Source: Candidatus Zipacnadia bacterium
GTDB taxonomy: Bacteria > Armatimonadota > Zipacnadia > Zipacnadales > UBA5352
DNA: 64,000 nucleotides
NCBI GenBank assembly: GCA_029821635.1
Contig: JALGSW010000011.1
Span: 5,661-69,660 of the forward strand
Reading direction: 5' to 3'
This document shows positions 32,390 through 41,701 of the stretch, piece by piece. Numbering within the stretch: position 1 is the stretch's first letter; every line of letters begins with the position of its first letter. The position numbers and the translations under genes are program-made. The notes under the pieces are model-generated. The model did no database searches, had not been told where the DNA came from, and was given only the letters and a program-made list of their open reading frames with translations.

Positions 32390-33220
32390 ATGCCCTTCGC
32401 TTACCGTCGCGAATACCGCGGTCCCGTGCAGCTCGTCGCCTTCGACTGGGCAGGGACGATCGTTGACTTCGGCTGTCAGGCGCCCGCGCTGGCCTTCGTC
32501 GAGCTGTTCCGCGATGCGGGCGTGGAGGTCTCCGTCGAGCAGGCGCGCGGGCCGATGGGCATCGGCAAGCGCGAGCACATCGCCGCACTGCTCGCCGAGC
32601 CCGAGATCGCCCGCGTGTGGAGCGAGGCGCGCGGCGCGCAGCCGACCTCCGCCGACACCGAGCGGCTCTACGAGGCGTTCCACCCGATCCAGATACGCAT
32701 GGCGGTCGATCGTGCGGAGATGATCCCCGGCGTGCTGGAGACGATCGGCTGGCTGCGCGCGCGCGACACGATGGTCGCCACCAACACCGGCTACTTCCGC
32801 GAGGTGCTCGACGCGATCCTGCCGGTGGCCGCCGAGCAGGGCTTCGAGGCCGACTCGAACGTGTGCGCCACCGACGTGCCCGAGGCGCGGCCCGCCCCGT
32901 GGATGCTGGTGGTGAACATGCTGGAGACGGGCGTCTACCCCGCCGAGGCGGTCGTGAAGGTCGGCGACACGATCCCCGACGTTGAAGAGGGCCTCAACGC
33001 CGGCGCCTGGACGGTCGGCGTGATCGAGTCGGGCAACACGATCGGGCTGCGCGAGGAGGAGTTGGGCGATCTCCCGCGCGGCGCGCTGGCGGAGATGGCC
33101 GAGCGCGCGCGCCTGACGCTGCAGCGCGCGGGCGTGCACTACACGATCCCCACCATCGCGGACCTGCCGCCGATCATCGAGGACATCGAGCTGCGGCTGC
33201 GGCGGGGCGAGCGCCCGTGA
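32390..33220 (+). CDS. phnX: Phosphonoacetaldehyde hydrolase (phosphonatase)
   Basis: FDWAGTIVDFG, PMGIGKREHI (Schiff-base Lys), RPAPWM, VKVGDT..D..EGLNAG. Confidence 0.96.
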   Translation: MPFAYRREYRGPVQLVAFDWAGTIVDFGCQAPALAFVELFRDAGVEVSVEQARGPMGIGKREHIAALLAEPEIARVWSEARGAQPTSADTERLYEAFHPIQIRMAVDRAEMIPGVLETIGWLRARDTMVATNTGYFREVLDAILPVAAEQGFEADSNVCATDVPEARPAPWMLVVNMLETGVYPAEAVVKVGDTIPDVEEGLNAGAWTVGVIESGNTIGLREEELGDLPRGALAEMAERARLTLQRAGVHYTIPTIADLPPIIEDIELRLRRGERP

Positions 33221-34317
33221 GCCTCCCGGCGCGCTGCCAGGCCATCGTCTTCGATCCGACCGACCGATCGCTGCGCCTGCGCGAGCTGCCGATGCGGCCG
33301 CTGCGCCCCGGCGAGGTGCTGGTGCGCGTGCGCCTGAGCGCGATCTGTGGCTCGGACCTGCACACGATCCGCGGACGGCGCGATCCCGGCGGGCCGCTGG
33401 TGCTCGGCCACGAGATCGTGGGCGAGGTCGCGGCTCTCGGCGAGGGCGTGGAGGCCGACTGCCTCGGCGAGCCGCTGGCGGTGGGCGACCGCATCACCTG
33501 GGCGATCGCGGCAAGCTGCGGGCGCTGCTTCTTCTGCACGCGAGGCATTCCTCAGAAGTGTGTAACTCTGTTTAAGTACGGGCACCAGAAGCTTGACAGC
33601 CTTACACCGCTGAGCGGCGGCTTCGCGGAGTACTGCTACCTCGTGCCCGGCAGCGCCTACTACCGCCTCCCCGACGAACTGCCGGATGCCATCGCGGTCT
33701 TCGCAAACTGCTCGCTCTCGACGATGCAGGCGGCGGCGCGGCTGGCGGATGTGCGTCCGGGCGAGTCGGTGCTGGTGCAGGGGGCGGGGCTGGTCGGGCT
33801 GTGCGCGATGGCGCTGAGCGCCCACCGGAGGGCGCGGTCGATCGTGGTGGTCGATCCATGCGAGGCGCGGGTCAGGCAGGCCGCGCACTTCGGAGCATCA
33901 CACACCATCGGCGTGGACCTGCCCGGAGACGAACTCGTCGCGGAGCTGAGCGAGGCCACCGAGTGCGGGCGAGGCTTTGACGTGGCGATCGAGGCCTGCG
34001 GTGTGCCATCGGTGGTGCGCGACGGGATCGCGGCGCTGCGCATCGGTGGGCGCTACGTGCTGGCGGGCTGCGTCTTCCCCGACGCGACCGCGCAGCTCGA
34101 CCTGCACACGTTGACGACGAAGCTCCTCACGCTGCAGGGCCTGCACAACTACACGCCGCTGGACCTGCAGGAGGCGCTGCGCTTTCTGACCGACGGCCCC
34201 CAGCGCTTCGCGTTCGGCAGCGTGGTGCGCGAGGTCTTCCCGCTGGAGGAGATCGACGCGGCGCTGGCGCTGATGGAGAGCGATCCGTCCGTCCTGCGCG
34301 TGGCGCTGAGGCCCTGA
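33217..34317 (+). CDS. Zn-dependent alcohol dehydrogenase, phosphonate-catabolism-associated (HpnZ-like)
   Basis: ICGSDLH, GHE, CGRCFFC...PQKC..LFKYGH, GAGLVG, GLHNY; GTGA overlap with phnX. Confidence 0.85.
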   Translation: MSLPARCQAIVFDPTDRSLRLRELPMRPLRPGEVLVRVRLSAICGSDLHTIRGRRDPGGPLVLGHEIVGEVAALGEGVEADCLGEPLAVGDRITWAIAASCGRCFFCTRGIPQKCVTLFKYGHQKLDSLTPLSGGFAEYCYLVPGSAYYRLPDELPDAIAVFANCSLSTMQAAARLADVRPGESVLVQGAGLVGLCAMALSAHRRARSIVVVDPCEARVRQAAHFGASHTIGVDLPGDELVAELSEATECGRGFDVAIEACGVPSVVRDGIAALRIGGRYVLAGCVFPDATAQLDLHTLTTKLLTLQGLHNYTPLDLQEALRFLTDGPQRFAFGSVVREVFPLEEIDAALALMESDPSVLRVALRP

Positions 34318-34356
34318 CGGCCCCGGCGCGCCTGTCCCGAGGCCGCCGTCGCCGTT

Positions 34357-34458
34357 GCCGTACACCCTCTCAGCCATTTGCCGTCATCGCTGCAGTTTCC
34401 TGTTGGCGCGCAGCGCCATCCTGTCGGCGCGAAGCGCCGATTCCTGTTACGAAGCCGT
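34357..34458. repeat. Structured intergenic repeat, copy 2
   Basis: Same box-and-hairpin layout as 21878-21976, with compensatory stem changes. Confidence 0.8.
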
Positions 34459-34477
34459 TCCGTCCGGCGTCCCTCGC

Positions 34478-35266
34478 CTACCCCTTCGCGCCCTCGCACG
34501 CGCCTATCAGCTCGTCCGAGGTCAGCGTGAAGCCCAGCAGCATCTCGACCTCGAGGATCGCCGCCTCGGTCAGCGCCATCGCGTCGTAGGTGGAGCCGGC
34601 CTCGATCGCGCTGGTGCAGTCGCGCAGCAGCACGAGGTTGTACCCCCGGCGCCCGAAGGCGCGCATGCCGTAGTCGCGTCCGGGCACGCACATGTTCGCC
34701 GCGAAGCCGCAGTAGAAGAGGTGCACGATCCCCTCGTGGCGGCAGAGGCGATGGAGCTGCTCGCCCGTCGCGACCACGAAGTCATCCGGCTGCGGCTCGA
34801 GGCAGCCGACGATGCACCGGCCCTCAAGCTCGGCCTCGAGCCACGCATTCAGCGCCAGCTCGGGGAGCCTGCTGAACTGCGCGCACGCCCCCTCCTTGCC
34901 CCGGAACTCCGCGGGCGGCCACGCGGGCGGCTCGCCCGCCGCGTCGAAGATGTCCGCGTCGCACGCGAACTTCGTCCACTGCGGGTACATGCGCGCCTGC
35001 GCGGGTGAGGGCGCGTGGATCACCGCCATGCCCGCGTCTCGGCAGGCCTGCGCGACCGGCGCGATGCGCTCGCTGCAGATCACCTCGGCGCGCTGCTGAT
35101 GAGTGACGATCGGGTGGCGGTCCCAGCAGTCCACCATCACGAGGCCCGCCTCGGCCGGATCCATCTCCCACTCGACGAACGCTCGCTGGAAGTTCGCCTC
35201 GACGTAGTCCACGCCCTCATCGACCGCGTGCCGCTGGTAGCGCGGCTTGAGCTTGAGCATGCCCAT
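34478..35266 (-). CDS. Isochorismatase / cysteine hydrolase family protein
   Basis: LVMVDCW, YCGFAANMCV, LLRDCT. Confidence 0.85.
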   Translation of the reverse strand: MGMLKLKPRYQRHAVDEGVDYVEANFQRAFVEWEMDPAEAGLVMVDCWDRHPIVTHQQRAEVICSERIAPVAQACRDAGMAVIHAPSPAQARMYPQWTKFACDADIFDAAGEPPAWPPAEFRGKEGACAQFSRLPELALNAWLEAELEGRCIVGCLEPQPDDFVVATGEQLHRLCRHEGIVHLFYCGFAANMCVPGRDYGMRAFGRRGYNLVLLRDCTSAIEAGSTYDAMALTEAAILEVEMLLGFTLTSDELIGACEGAKG

Positions 35267-35286
35267 CGCTGATGCCTCCCGAGGTG

Positions 35287-36483
35287 TCACTGCTGCTGCG
35301 CCCAACCGACGAACGTGTGCACGCCGGTGAAGATCTCCCTGAACTCGCCCTCGTGCCCGCCCACGAACAGCGCCGCGTCCTCGTCCCCCTCCGACCACGC
35401 GGCGATCGCTTCGCCGTCGGGCCGCCATGCGCAGCGGGCCCACTGCAGCGGCAGGGCCCGCTCGGGCAGGCTGCGGCGCTCGCCCGTCGCGTCCTCGATG
35501 ACGCTGATGGTGACGGGGGCCTCATCGCCGATCACGAAGGCCAGGTCGCCCGCGGCGCTGGCATCGAAGCCCAATGCGGTCACCTCGACCACCGGCATCG
35601 GGTCGGCGTCGCGCGCGCAGAAGAAGATGCCGCCGGTCTCGACCTCATTGGCCGCCGCGTCATAGAGTACGCCGGAGCTATCCCCCAGCCAGTGCAGCGT
35701 GCCGAACGCGGGCCCGAGGTCGAGGCGCTCGGCCTCCCCCACCGCGCTGGCGAAGCACAGCATCCCGCCCTCCCACGCGCGGCTGAAGGCGATGGTCTGA
35801 CCGTCGGGCGAGTACGCCGGGAAGGACGCTGCGTAGATGTCGTTGCTGGCAGGCGCCACCTGCACCACGTCTCCGCCGCTGCGGTGCACGATCCACAGCC
35901 CCTGCCCGCGCTCTTGCTCATCGCGCAGACAAACGGCCAGGTACTGGCTGTCCGGTGACCACGCGAAGTGGCCGCCCTGGCCGAGCTGCGTGATCTGGGC
36001 GACCGTGCCCTCGAGGTCGCGGAGCCGTAGATCGCCGTCCTCAATCCAAGCGAGCCACTGGCTGTCGGGTGAGAACTGAGGCGCCGCGCGCCGAACCGCC
36101 CCGCCCTCAAGCGCGCCCGCTATCTCCTCGGCGACGCCGTCCCCGATGCTCACGACATGCAGCGACTGGTCGGCGTCGAGCAGTGCCACGCGCGAGCCGT
36201 CAGGCGAGACGCTCGCCTGGCGGTAGTACGGCTCCTCGGCGTACGTGAAGAGTGTGCGTGGGTCGCCGCCTGCGGCAGGAATCGCCAGCAGGTGCATGCC
36301 GTCGCCAACAACGCATGACCAGCCATCGGTCGAGGCGGCCACATCCGCCGTGGCGTCCGGCGTCGCATGGGCGGGTGGTTGCGGATCGGGCGGCGGCGCC
36401 TCCGTGTTGGCGGCGGGCCTGCAGCCCCCGATCAGGACGGTCAGGCACAGCGCAAGCGGGATCATCAGCGCGCGTCGTGTCAT
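35287..36483 (-). CDS. TolB-like (PD40 repeat) beta-propeller lipoprotein
   Basis: Lipobox IGGC; SPDG/SPDS/RPDG repeats. Confidence 0.8.
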   Translation of the reverse strand: MTRRALMIPLALCLTVLIGGCRPAANTEAPPPDPQPPAHATPDATADVAASTDGWSCVVGDGMHLLAIPAAGGDPRTLFTYAEEPYYRQASVSPDGSRVALLDADQSLHVVSIGDGVAEEIAGALEGGAVRRAAPQFSPDSQWLAWIEDGDLRLRDLEGTVAQITQLGQGGHFAWSPDSQYLAVCLRDEQERGQGLWIVHRSGGDVVQVAPASNDIYAASFPAYSPDGQTIAFSRAWEGGMLCFASAVGEAERLDLGPAFGTLHWLGDSSGVLYDAAANEVETGGIFFCARDADPMPVVEVTALGFDASAAGDLAFVIGDEAPVTISVIEDATGERRSLPERALPLQWARCAWRPDGEAIAAWSEGDEDAALFVGGHEGEFREIFTGVHTFVGWAQQQ

Positions 36484-36586
36484 GGTCGCGACCTCCCCGG
36501 CACATGTGAGGTCCACAGACTTCAGTCGCAGAGGGTGTTCGCGACGGTGGCCCGCGCACCTGCCGCGGCGCTTGCGCAGACACGCG

Positions 36587-36627
36587 AACGGGGACGCCGG
36601 TGAGCGCTTGCTCCCGGCGTCCCCGTT
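36587..36627 (-). terminator. Strong hairpin, probable terminator
   Basis: AACGGGGACGCCGG / CCGGCGTCCCCGTT 14-bp stem just past the stop at 36655. Confidence 0.65.
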
Positions 36628-36654
36628 GCGGTTCGTGACTGCGCGATGCGGGCG

Positions 36655-38793
36655 CTACTGCATGCGCTGGATCGTCTGCTGGTTGAGCACCGCGTTGTTC
36701 TGCAGGTTCAGGAGCTGCAGCCGCAGGCCGGAGGTCTGCAGCGCGCCCCAGTTGAGCGGGCTGAGGTTCGCCTTCGCGCCCGCCTGCAGCGCGATGTTGC
36801 CGAAGGTGGCCTGCTGCATGCCCCGCCCGGCCGGCCCGAGCACGTCCATGTTGAACTGCAGAGCCGCGGGCCCTCTGACCTCGATCGCGGTGCCCTGAGC
36901 GTTGGGGATCAGCTCAAGCTGCTGCGCGCCGAGGTTGCGGAGGTTGTTCAGCTCGAAGGCCCGGTCGCCCTGAGGCGTCGAGCGTATGAACCGCATCGAC
37001 GTCGGGCCGACCGCCTGGGCGTTGAGGATTTGCAGCGAGGGCAGTTGGAGGAGGTTGCTGAACCGGATCTCGCCGATTCCGTTGGAGTTGATGTCGAAGA
37101 TGCGGCCTTGTGAGAAGAGCTGCATCTGCTTGGCGCCCTGGCCGGCGACGTTGAAGGTCAGGGTCTTCCCACTCGCCTGGCCGAACACGAAGACCAGCGG
37201 GGCATTGGCGGGTGGCTGGGGCTCAGCGAGCTGGAGCGGCTGCACCTGGCCGGCCACCGGGCGCCGGATGACCCGCGGCATGTCCTGCACCAGCGGCGGC
37301 ACGAAGCTCGAGTTCGGGATGCGGCTCGCGGGATTCTGGTTGATCGAGCCGTCGGGGTTGAAGAACTTGCGCCCGGCCGCATCGGTGATCTGCTGCACGT
37401 TCGCGTTGGGGCTGAGGACCGCGACGACCGTGCTCGCGCCCGGGCCGCCGTATTCCGCGCCGGGCAGGTGCGGATTGCCGGGCGTGCACTCCTCGTAGGA
37501 GAACAGCTCGGCCTTCGTCGCGGTGCCACGGGAGAAGGTGTTGGCGGACCAGTTCACGGTCGCCACGTCGGGATCGACGGAGCCGCCCTCGTTCTCGCGG
37601 TAGGGGTTGTTGTTGTCGTAGACGATCATGCGCCGCGTGTTGCCGTCGACCTCGGTGTCGTAGGGGCAGACGACGTGGCCCCAGTTGGCGCCCCAGTAGA
37701 CGAGCACGGGGCGGTTGACGACGTTGGTCAGCAGGGACTCGCAGCGCGTGAACACGTCGCGCGAGCTTTGGTTGTTCCAGAAGTTGTTGTGCAGGTCGAG
37801 CACTTCCTGCGTGTACCATGCGCCCTGCTGCTGCTGGACGGTCTCACGCGTGGTGGCGATCCAGTCGTACCACCAGACCCAGGGCTGTGCGGTCGCGGCG
37901 TTCTGGAAGTAGTTGGCGTGGAACATGTGGTCGAACTCGTGGTTCCTGATGCGCAGGCTGGAGACGCTCATGCCGTAGCAGTTGCCGCCGGCGCCCGCGC
38001 TGGTGTAGGCGTTGTCATACCACGTCTGCGCGGCGGGACGGTGGGTGCCGTCGGCGTACTCCACGTTCAGGCGGCCGAAGTAGTCGGCGTAGAGCTTCCA
38101 GTCGATGCTGGCGCGGGAGAAGTTGGAGAACTTCCAGCCGTGGTAGCCGCGGTAGCCGCGCGGGGCGACGATCTCGTACTTCGCGGTCGCAGTGTTGGCG
38201 CTGCTGTTCATGTTCCGAACGTACACGTCGTGCTCCTGGGCTCGTGAAGCGCCGACCGGCACCTTGAAGGCCATCGAGTTGGGGAAGAACTCGAACGACT
38301 CGCCGAGGTAATACGAGTCCACCTCGACGCCATCGAAGAAGACCTTGCAGTCGGAGTTGAAGCCGCGTCCGAAGGCGTATGCCCATAGGCCGGGCGCGCC
38401 CTGCTCGGGCCAGAAGCTGCTAATCAGGAAGAGCGTGACGCGGACGCGTTCGAAGAGGCTCGGGTCTATGTGTGAGATCGCGAGTGCCTCGCGGTCGAAC
38501 TTCTTCGCGAGGTTCTCATTCAGGACCAGGAGCAGGTTGCTCTGCAGATCGACCGGGAGCAGGCGGAACTGCTCAGAAGCCTTGTCGGCCTTCTGACCGG
38601 TGATGCCCTTCTGCTTAAGGATGAGTTGGAACTGCTGGGAGATCTGCAGCGGGGAGAACAGGAGGTCACGTGCGGTCAGTGGATCCTCGAAGGCGACGGG
38701 CCGGAGGATCGTCGGCTGGGGAGCGGCGAACGCCCCGACAGCGACTGTGACGAGCAACACGGCAGCCAAGGTGTACGTCAGAACTGCGCGCAT
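36655..38793 (-). CDS. Secreted protein with an Ig-like domain and a putative papain-like (Cys-His-Asp) catalytic domain
   Basis: Signal peptide; GNCYGMS, GHVVCPY, IVYDNN. Confidence 0.65.
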   Translation of the reverse strand: MRAVLTYTLAAVLLVTVAVGAFAAPQPTILRPVAFEDPLTARDLLFSPLQISQQFQLILKQKGITGQKADKASEQFRLLPVDLQSNLLLVLNENLAKKFDREALAISHIDPSLFERVRVTLFLISSFWPEQGAPGLWAYAFGRGFNSDCKVFFDGVEVDSYYLGESFEFFPNSMAFKVPVGASRAQEHDVYVRNMNSSANTATAKYEIVAPRGYRGYHGWKFSNFSRASIDWKLYADYFGRLNVEYADGTHRPAAQTWYDNAYTSAGAGGNCYGMSVSSLRIRNHEFDHMFHANYFQNAATAQPWVWWYDWIATTRETVQQQQGAWYTQEVLDLHNNFWNNQSSRDVFTRCESLLTNVVNRPVLVYWGANWGHVVCPYDTEVDGNTRRMIVYDNNNPYRENEGGSVDPDVATVNWSANTFSRGTATKAELFSYEECTPGNPHLPGAEYGGPGASTVVAVLSPNANVQQITDAAGRKFFNPDGSINQNPASRIPNSSFVPPLVQDMPRVIRRPVAGQVQPLQLAEPQPPANAPLVFVFGQASGKTLTFNVAGQGAKQMQLFSQGRIFDINSNGIGEIRFSNLLQLPSLQILNAQAVGPTSMRFIRSTPQGDRAFELNNLRNLGAQQLELIPNAQGTAIEVRGPAALQFNMDVLGPAGRGMQQATFGNIALQAGAKANLSPLNWGALQTSGLRLQLLNLQNNAVLNQQTIQRMQ

Positions 38794-38982
38794 CGGAAAC
38801 CATCCCCTTCCGGCGGCGGCGCTGCGTCCGGTCTTGAGGGTGGAGCGGACCGGAGGGCGGCGCCGATTGTGGGCGTCCTCTGCAAGTCATTTTACACCAC
38901 TGCAGCCCGTAGTTACAGGGAATCGCAGAATGCCCCCTGCGGAAGGAGTCTCGAGGCGGCCGCGGGGGGGGCGTGAACGCGA

Positions 38983-39010
38983 GAGGCCCGCGGCAAGAGC
39001 CGCGGGCCTC
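38983..39010. repeat. Perfect 12-bp-stem palindrome (REP-like or terminator)
   Basis: GAGGCCCGCGGC-AAGA-GCCGCGGGCCTC. Confidence 0.6.
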
Positions 39011-39575
39011 GAAACGCTGATGCCGGCACCGCCACAGCCAGCATCCGATGCTGCTACTCGGTGGTCCTCAGCAGGACCGCCAGAACACCACCACTCCACC
39101 TGCTTCGCGCTCCCCAGCCGAGTCGCCCGGGAGGCGCTTCGAGAGCCCCTATGAGGGCCTCCACCTCGCCACCACTCACACGACCACACAACCGCTTCCT
39201 GAAGCGCCGCCCGGCATCCGTTGTCCAGGACAGAATGTCTTCCGCTCCACCACGCCGCACACCGCACCACCACTCCGGTCGGCCCGACCCGCCGGCGACG
39301 CCGCGCCAGCCCAATGCCTCCACCACACGCGCCTCCTCAAGACCCTTGCCAGACCTTCCATCGACCATCCTGCCCGGACATCACCCACGACCTCCGCGGC
39401 CGAAGATGAGAGAGAGCAGCCGGACCCCGCCTCATCAGCACCTCCACACCACACCAGTTCTCCGCCAGCACGCCACCACTCACTCGGGGTCCAGCACTCT
39501 CGATGCTCCAATGGCCGCCGACTCCGCGCCGTCGGCCCTAGGCTGCTTCCTAGTTGAGAATGTTCAAGTGTAAGT

Positions 39576-39815
39576 TTATCGTGCGCCGCCGGTTCGGGCA
39601 ATCGGGTGATTCCCCCAAATCACGCTTCCGATTGCCCTGAGGTCGGCGTGGTCCTTAACCCCACCATTACGGTGCGGAAAGCGCTGCGCAAACCGGCGCC
39701 GTTTGACTTCCAGCCTCATATCAGGGATCACGTGCTCTACGTCCTCGAAGTCGCCCGCGACCAGGATCGCGATGCACTTCCCGGCGGTATTCGGGTCGGC
39801 TTTCTCCCTGCACAT
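39576..39815 (-). pseudogene. 5' remnant of a DJ-1/PfpI family gene
   Basis: GKCIAILVAGDFEDVE...P matches the PfpI N-terminus, then similarity is lost. Confidence 0.6.
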
Positions 39816-39829
39816 GGGACGGACGCGCC

Positions 39830-40420
39830 TTACGCCTGCTCGAAGCGGTGTAGCGCGAACTCCCAGTTGATCACGTCGAAGAAGGCCTCGGTGTAGCGCT
39901 TGCGCTCGTTCTGATAGTCGAGGTAGTAGGCGTGCTCCCAGACATCCAGCACCACGACCGGCACCGCGCCCCACTGCGCGAGGTTCTGATGCTTCTCGGC
40001 CTGCAGCACCACGAGGCTCTGGCCGAGCGGCTGCCACGCCAGTACGCCCCAGCCGGAGCCCTGCACGGCATTGGTCGCGGCCGTGAACTGCGTGCGGAAG
40101 GTCGCGAGGTCGTCGAAGTCGTTGACGATCTGCTCAGCGAGTGCGCCCGATGGCTCGCCCCCGCCGCCGGGGCTCATGCACTGCCAGTAGATGCTATGGA
40201 AGAGGTGTCCGGAGTAGTTGAAGGCCAGGGCGTCGCAGATCGCGCGGACGCTGGAGAAGTCGCCGGCCTCGCGCGCCGTCTCGATCCTCTCCTCGGCCTG
40301 GTTCAGGCCGTCCACGTAGCCCCGGTGATGCCTGTCGTGGTGAATGCACAGCGTCTGTTCGCTCAGGAACGGCTCCAGCGCGTCGTATGAGTACGGCAGC
40401 TCGGGCAGCTTGTGCGCCAT
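39830..40420 (-). CDS. sod: Fe/Mn superoxide dismutase
   Basis: LPELPYSYDALEP, HHDRHH, GHLFHSIYW, GSGWG, DVWEHAYY. Confidence 0.97.
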   Translation of the reverse strand: MAHKLPELPYSYDALEPFLSEQTLCIHHDRHHRGYVDGLNQAEERIETAREAGDFSSVRAICDALAFNYSGHLFHSIYWQCMSPGGGGEPSGALAEQIVNDFDDLATFRTQFTAATNAVQGSGWGVLAWQPLGQSLVVLQAEKHQNLAQWGAVPVVVLDVWEHAYYLDYQNERKRYTEAFFDVINWEFALHRFEQA

Positions 40421-40481
40421 GCGTCTTCGCCTCCAGTGTCCCCACTGTCACGCGTGTGTCGCCGGTGACTCCTCGCTGCGG

Positions 40482-40880
40482 TCAGGCGACCGTCACCGTC
40501 AGATGCGCGCCTGCCGCTACTGTGCCGCGGACCTTCGAGGCCTTCTGCGCCTCCTCGACGGTCGCGCGCTGCTCGTCCGTCAGCTTCTCAGGCATCATGA
40601 TCGTGACCGCGAAATTGTCGAGCTTCGCCTTCTCATCATCGGGCTCGGCCTCGACCGCAACGGTCATGCCCGCGAACGCAATGCCCTCCTCTCGGCAGGT
40701 GATCGCGACCACCATGCCGATGCAGTTGGCCAGTGCCGCGCAGAGCGTCTCGGGGGGCAGTGCGGCGGTGTCGGTCCCGCCCATCTCCACAGGCAGGTCG
40801 GTGAAGCAGCTATGGCCCCGGACCTTCGCGCACATGATCGTGGGGCCGACGTTGGTTGCCTTCGCGGCCATCTTCGCCAT
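40482..40880 (-). CDS. OsmC-like (YhfA-type) protein
   Basis: TDLPVEMGG.D...P.E.L.AALANC. Confidence 0.85.
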   Translation of the reverse strand: MAKMAAKATNVGPTIMCAKVRGHSCFTDLPVEMGGTDTAALPPETLCAALANCIGMVVAITCREEGIAFAGMTVAVEAEPDDEKAKLDNFAVTIMMPEKLTDEQRATVEEAQKASKVRGTVAAGAHLTVTVA

Positions 40881-41044
40881 CGTGAATCCTCCTCCAGCAC
40901 CGTGCGTCGATACGCAATGGAGAAGGGTAGGGCATCAGCGGTGGGTTCACAACAGGGGAAACCCTGAGAGAGGGGTTCGACTTCTCTGAATTGCGTGGGA
41001 CCGTCGTTGCGGGACAGAAGGGTTGACAGGCTGGAACGCCAGAG

Positions 41045-41701
41045 CTACGCGTCCAGCGACGTCAGGCCCTCGCGGATCGCGTACTTCGTCAGCTCCGCGA
41101 TCGAGCGTATCTCCAGCTTGTCCATGATGTTCTGTCGATGGCTCTCGATCGTCTTCACCGAGACGTGCAGCCTGTCCGCGATCTGCTTGGTGGTGTGGCC
41201 CTCGGCCACGAGCTGCAGCACCTCGCGTTCGCGGTCGGTGAGCACCGAGAACGCCGACGGGCCGCCCTCACCGGACAGCCGCTCAACGTAGTCGCGCAAC
41301 ACCACGCCCTCGATCTCGGGGCTCAGGTAGCTACCGCCGGTCGCGACGCGCCGGATCGCGTCCGCCAGCTCTTCGAACGCGCAGTCCTTGAGCACGTAGC
41401 CCGCCGCGCCTGCACCGAGCATACCGGCCGCGTAGTGCTTGTCCGCGTGCATGGACAGCGCCAGCACCTTCGTGGTCGGGCACTCGGCCATGATCTGACG
41501 CGTGGCCTCGATGCCGTTGAGATCGGGCATCGCCACGTCCATGACCACCACCTGGGGCTTCATCTCCCCGCACAATCTGATGGCTTCGCGGCCGTTGGCG
41601 GCCTCGGCGACGACCTCCATGTCGGACTGTTCCTCGATGAGGGTGCGCAGCCCCTCCCGGATGACCTGATGATCGTCGGCGAGGACGACGCGGAGCTTCA
41701 T
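41045..41701 (-). CDS. NarL/FixJ-family response regulator
   Basis: ADDH, MDVAMP, GYVLK, LTDREREVL...SVKTIESHR. Confidence 0.96.
   Translation of the reverse strand: MKLRVVLADDHQVIREGLRTLIEEQSDMEVVAEAANGREAIRLCGEMKPQVVVMDVAMPDLNGIEATRQIMAECPTTKVLALSMHADKHYAAGMLGAGAAGYVLKDCAFEELADAIRRVATGGSYLSPEIEGVVLRDYVERLSGEGGPSAFSVLTDREREVLQLVAEGHTTKQIADRLHVSVKTIESHRQNIMDKLEIRSIAELTKYAIREGLTSLDA

Noticed and set aside
38981-39480. Possible degenerate CRISPR array (hairpin ending near GAAAC; roughly 75-80 bp motif spacing)
   Set aside because: The hairpin occurs once, shared sequence between units is only 7-8 bp, and there are no cas genes
40913-40995. tRNA(Sec)-like look (TTCA, long arm, GGTTCGACT)
   Set aside because: No pairing D or anticodon stems and no CCA end; not called a tRNA
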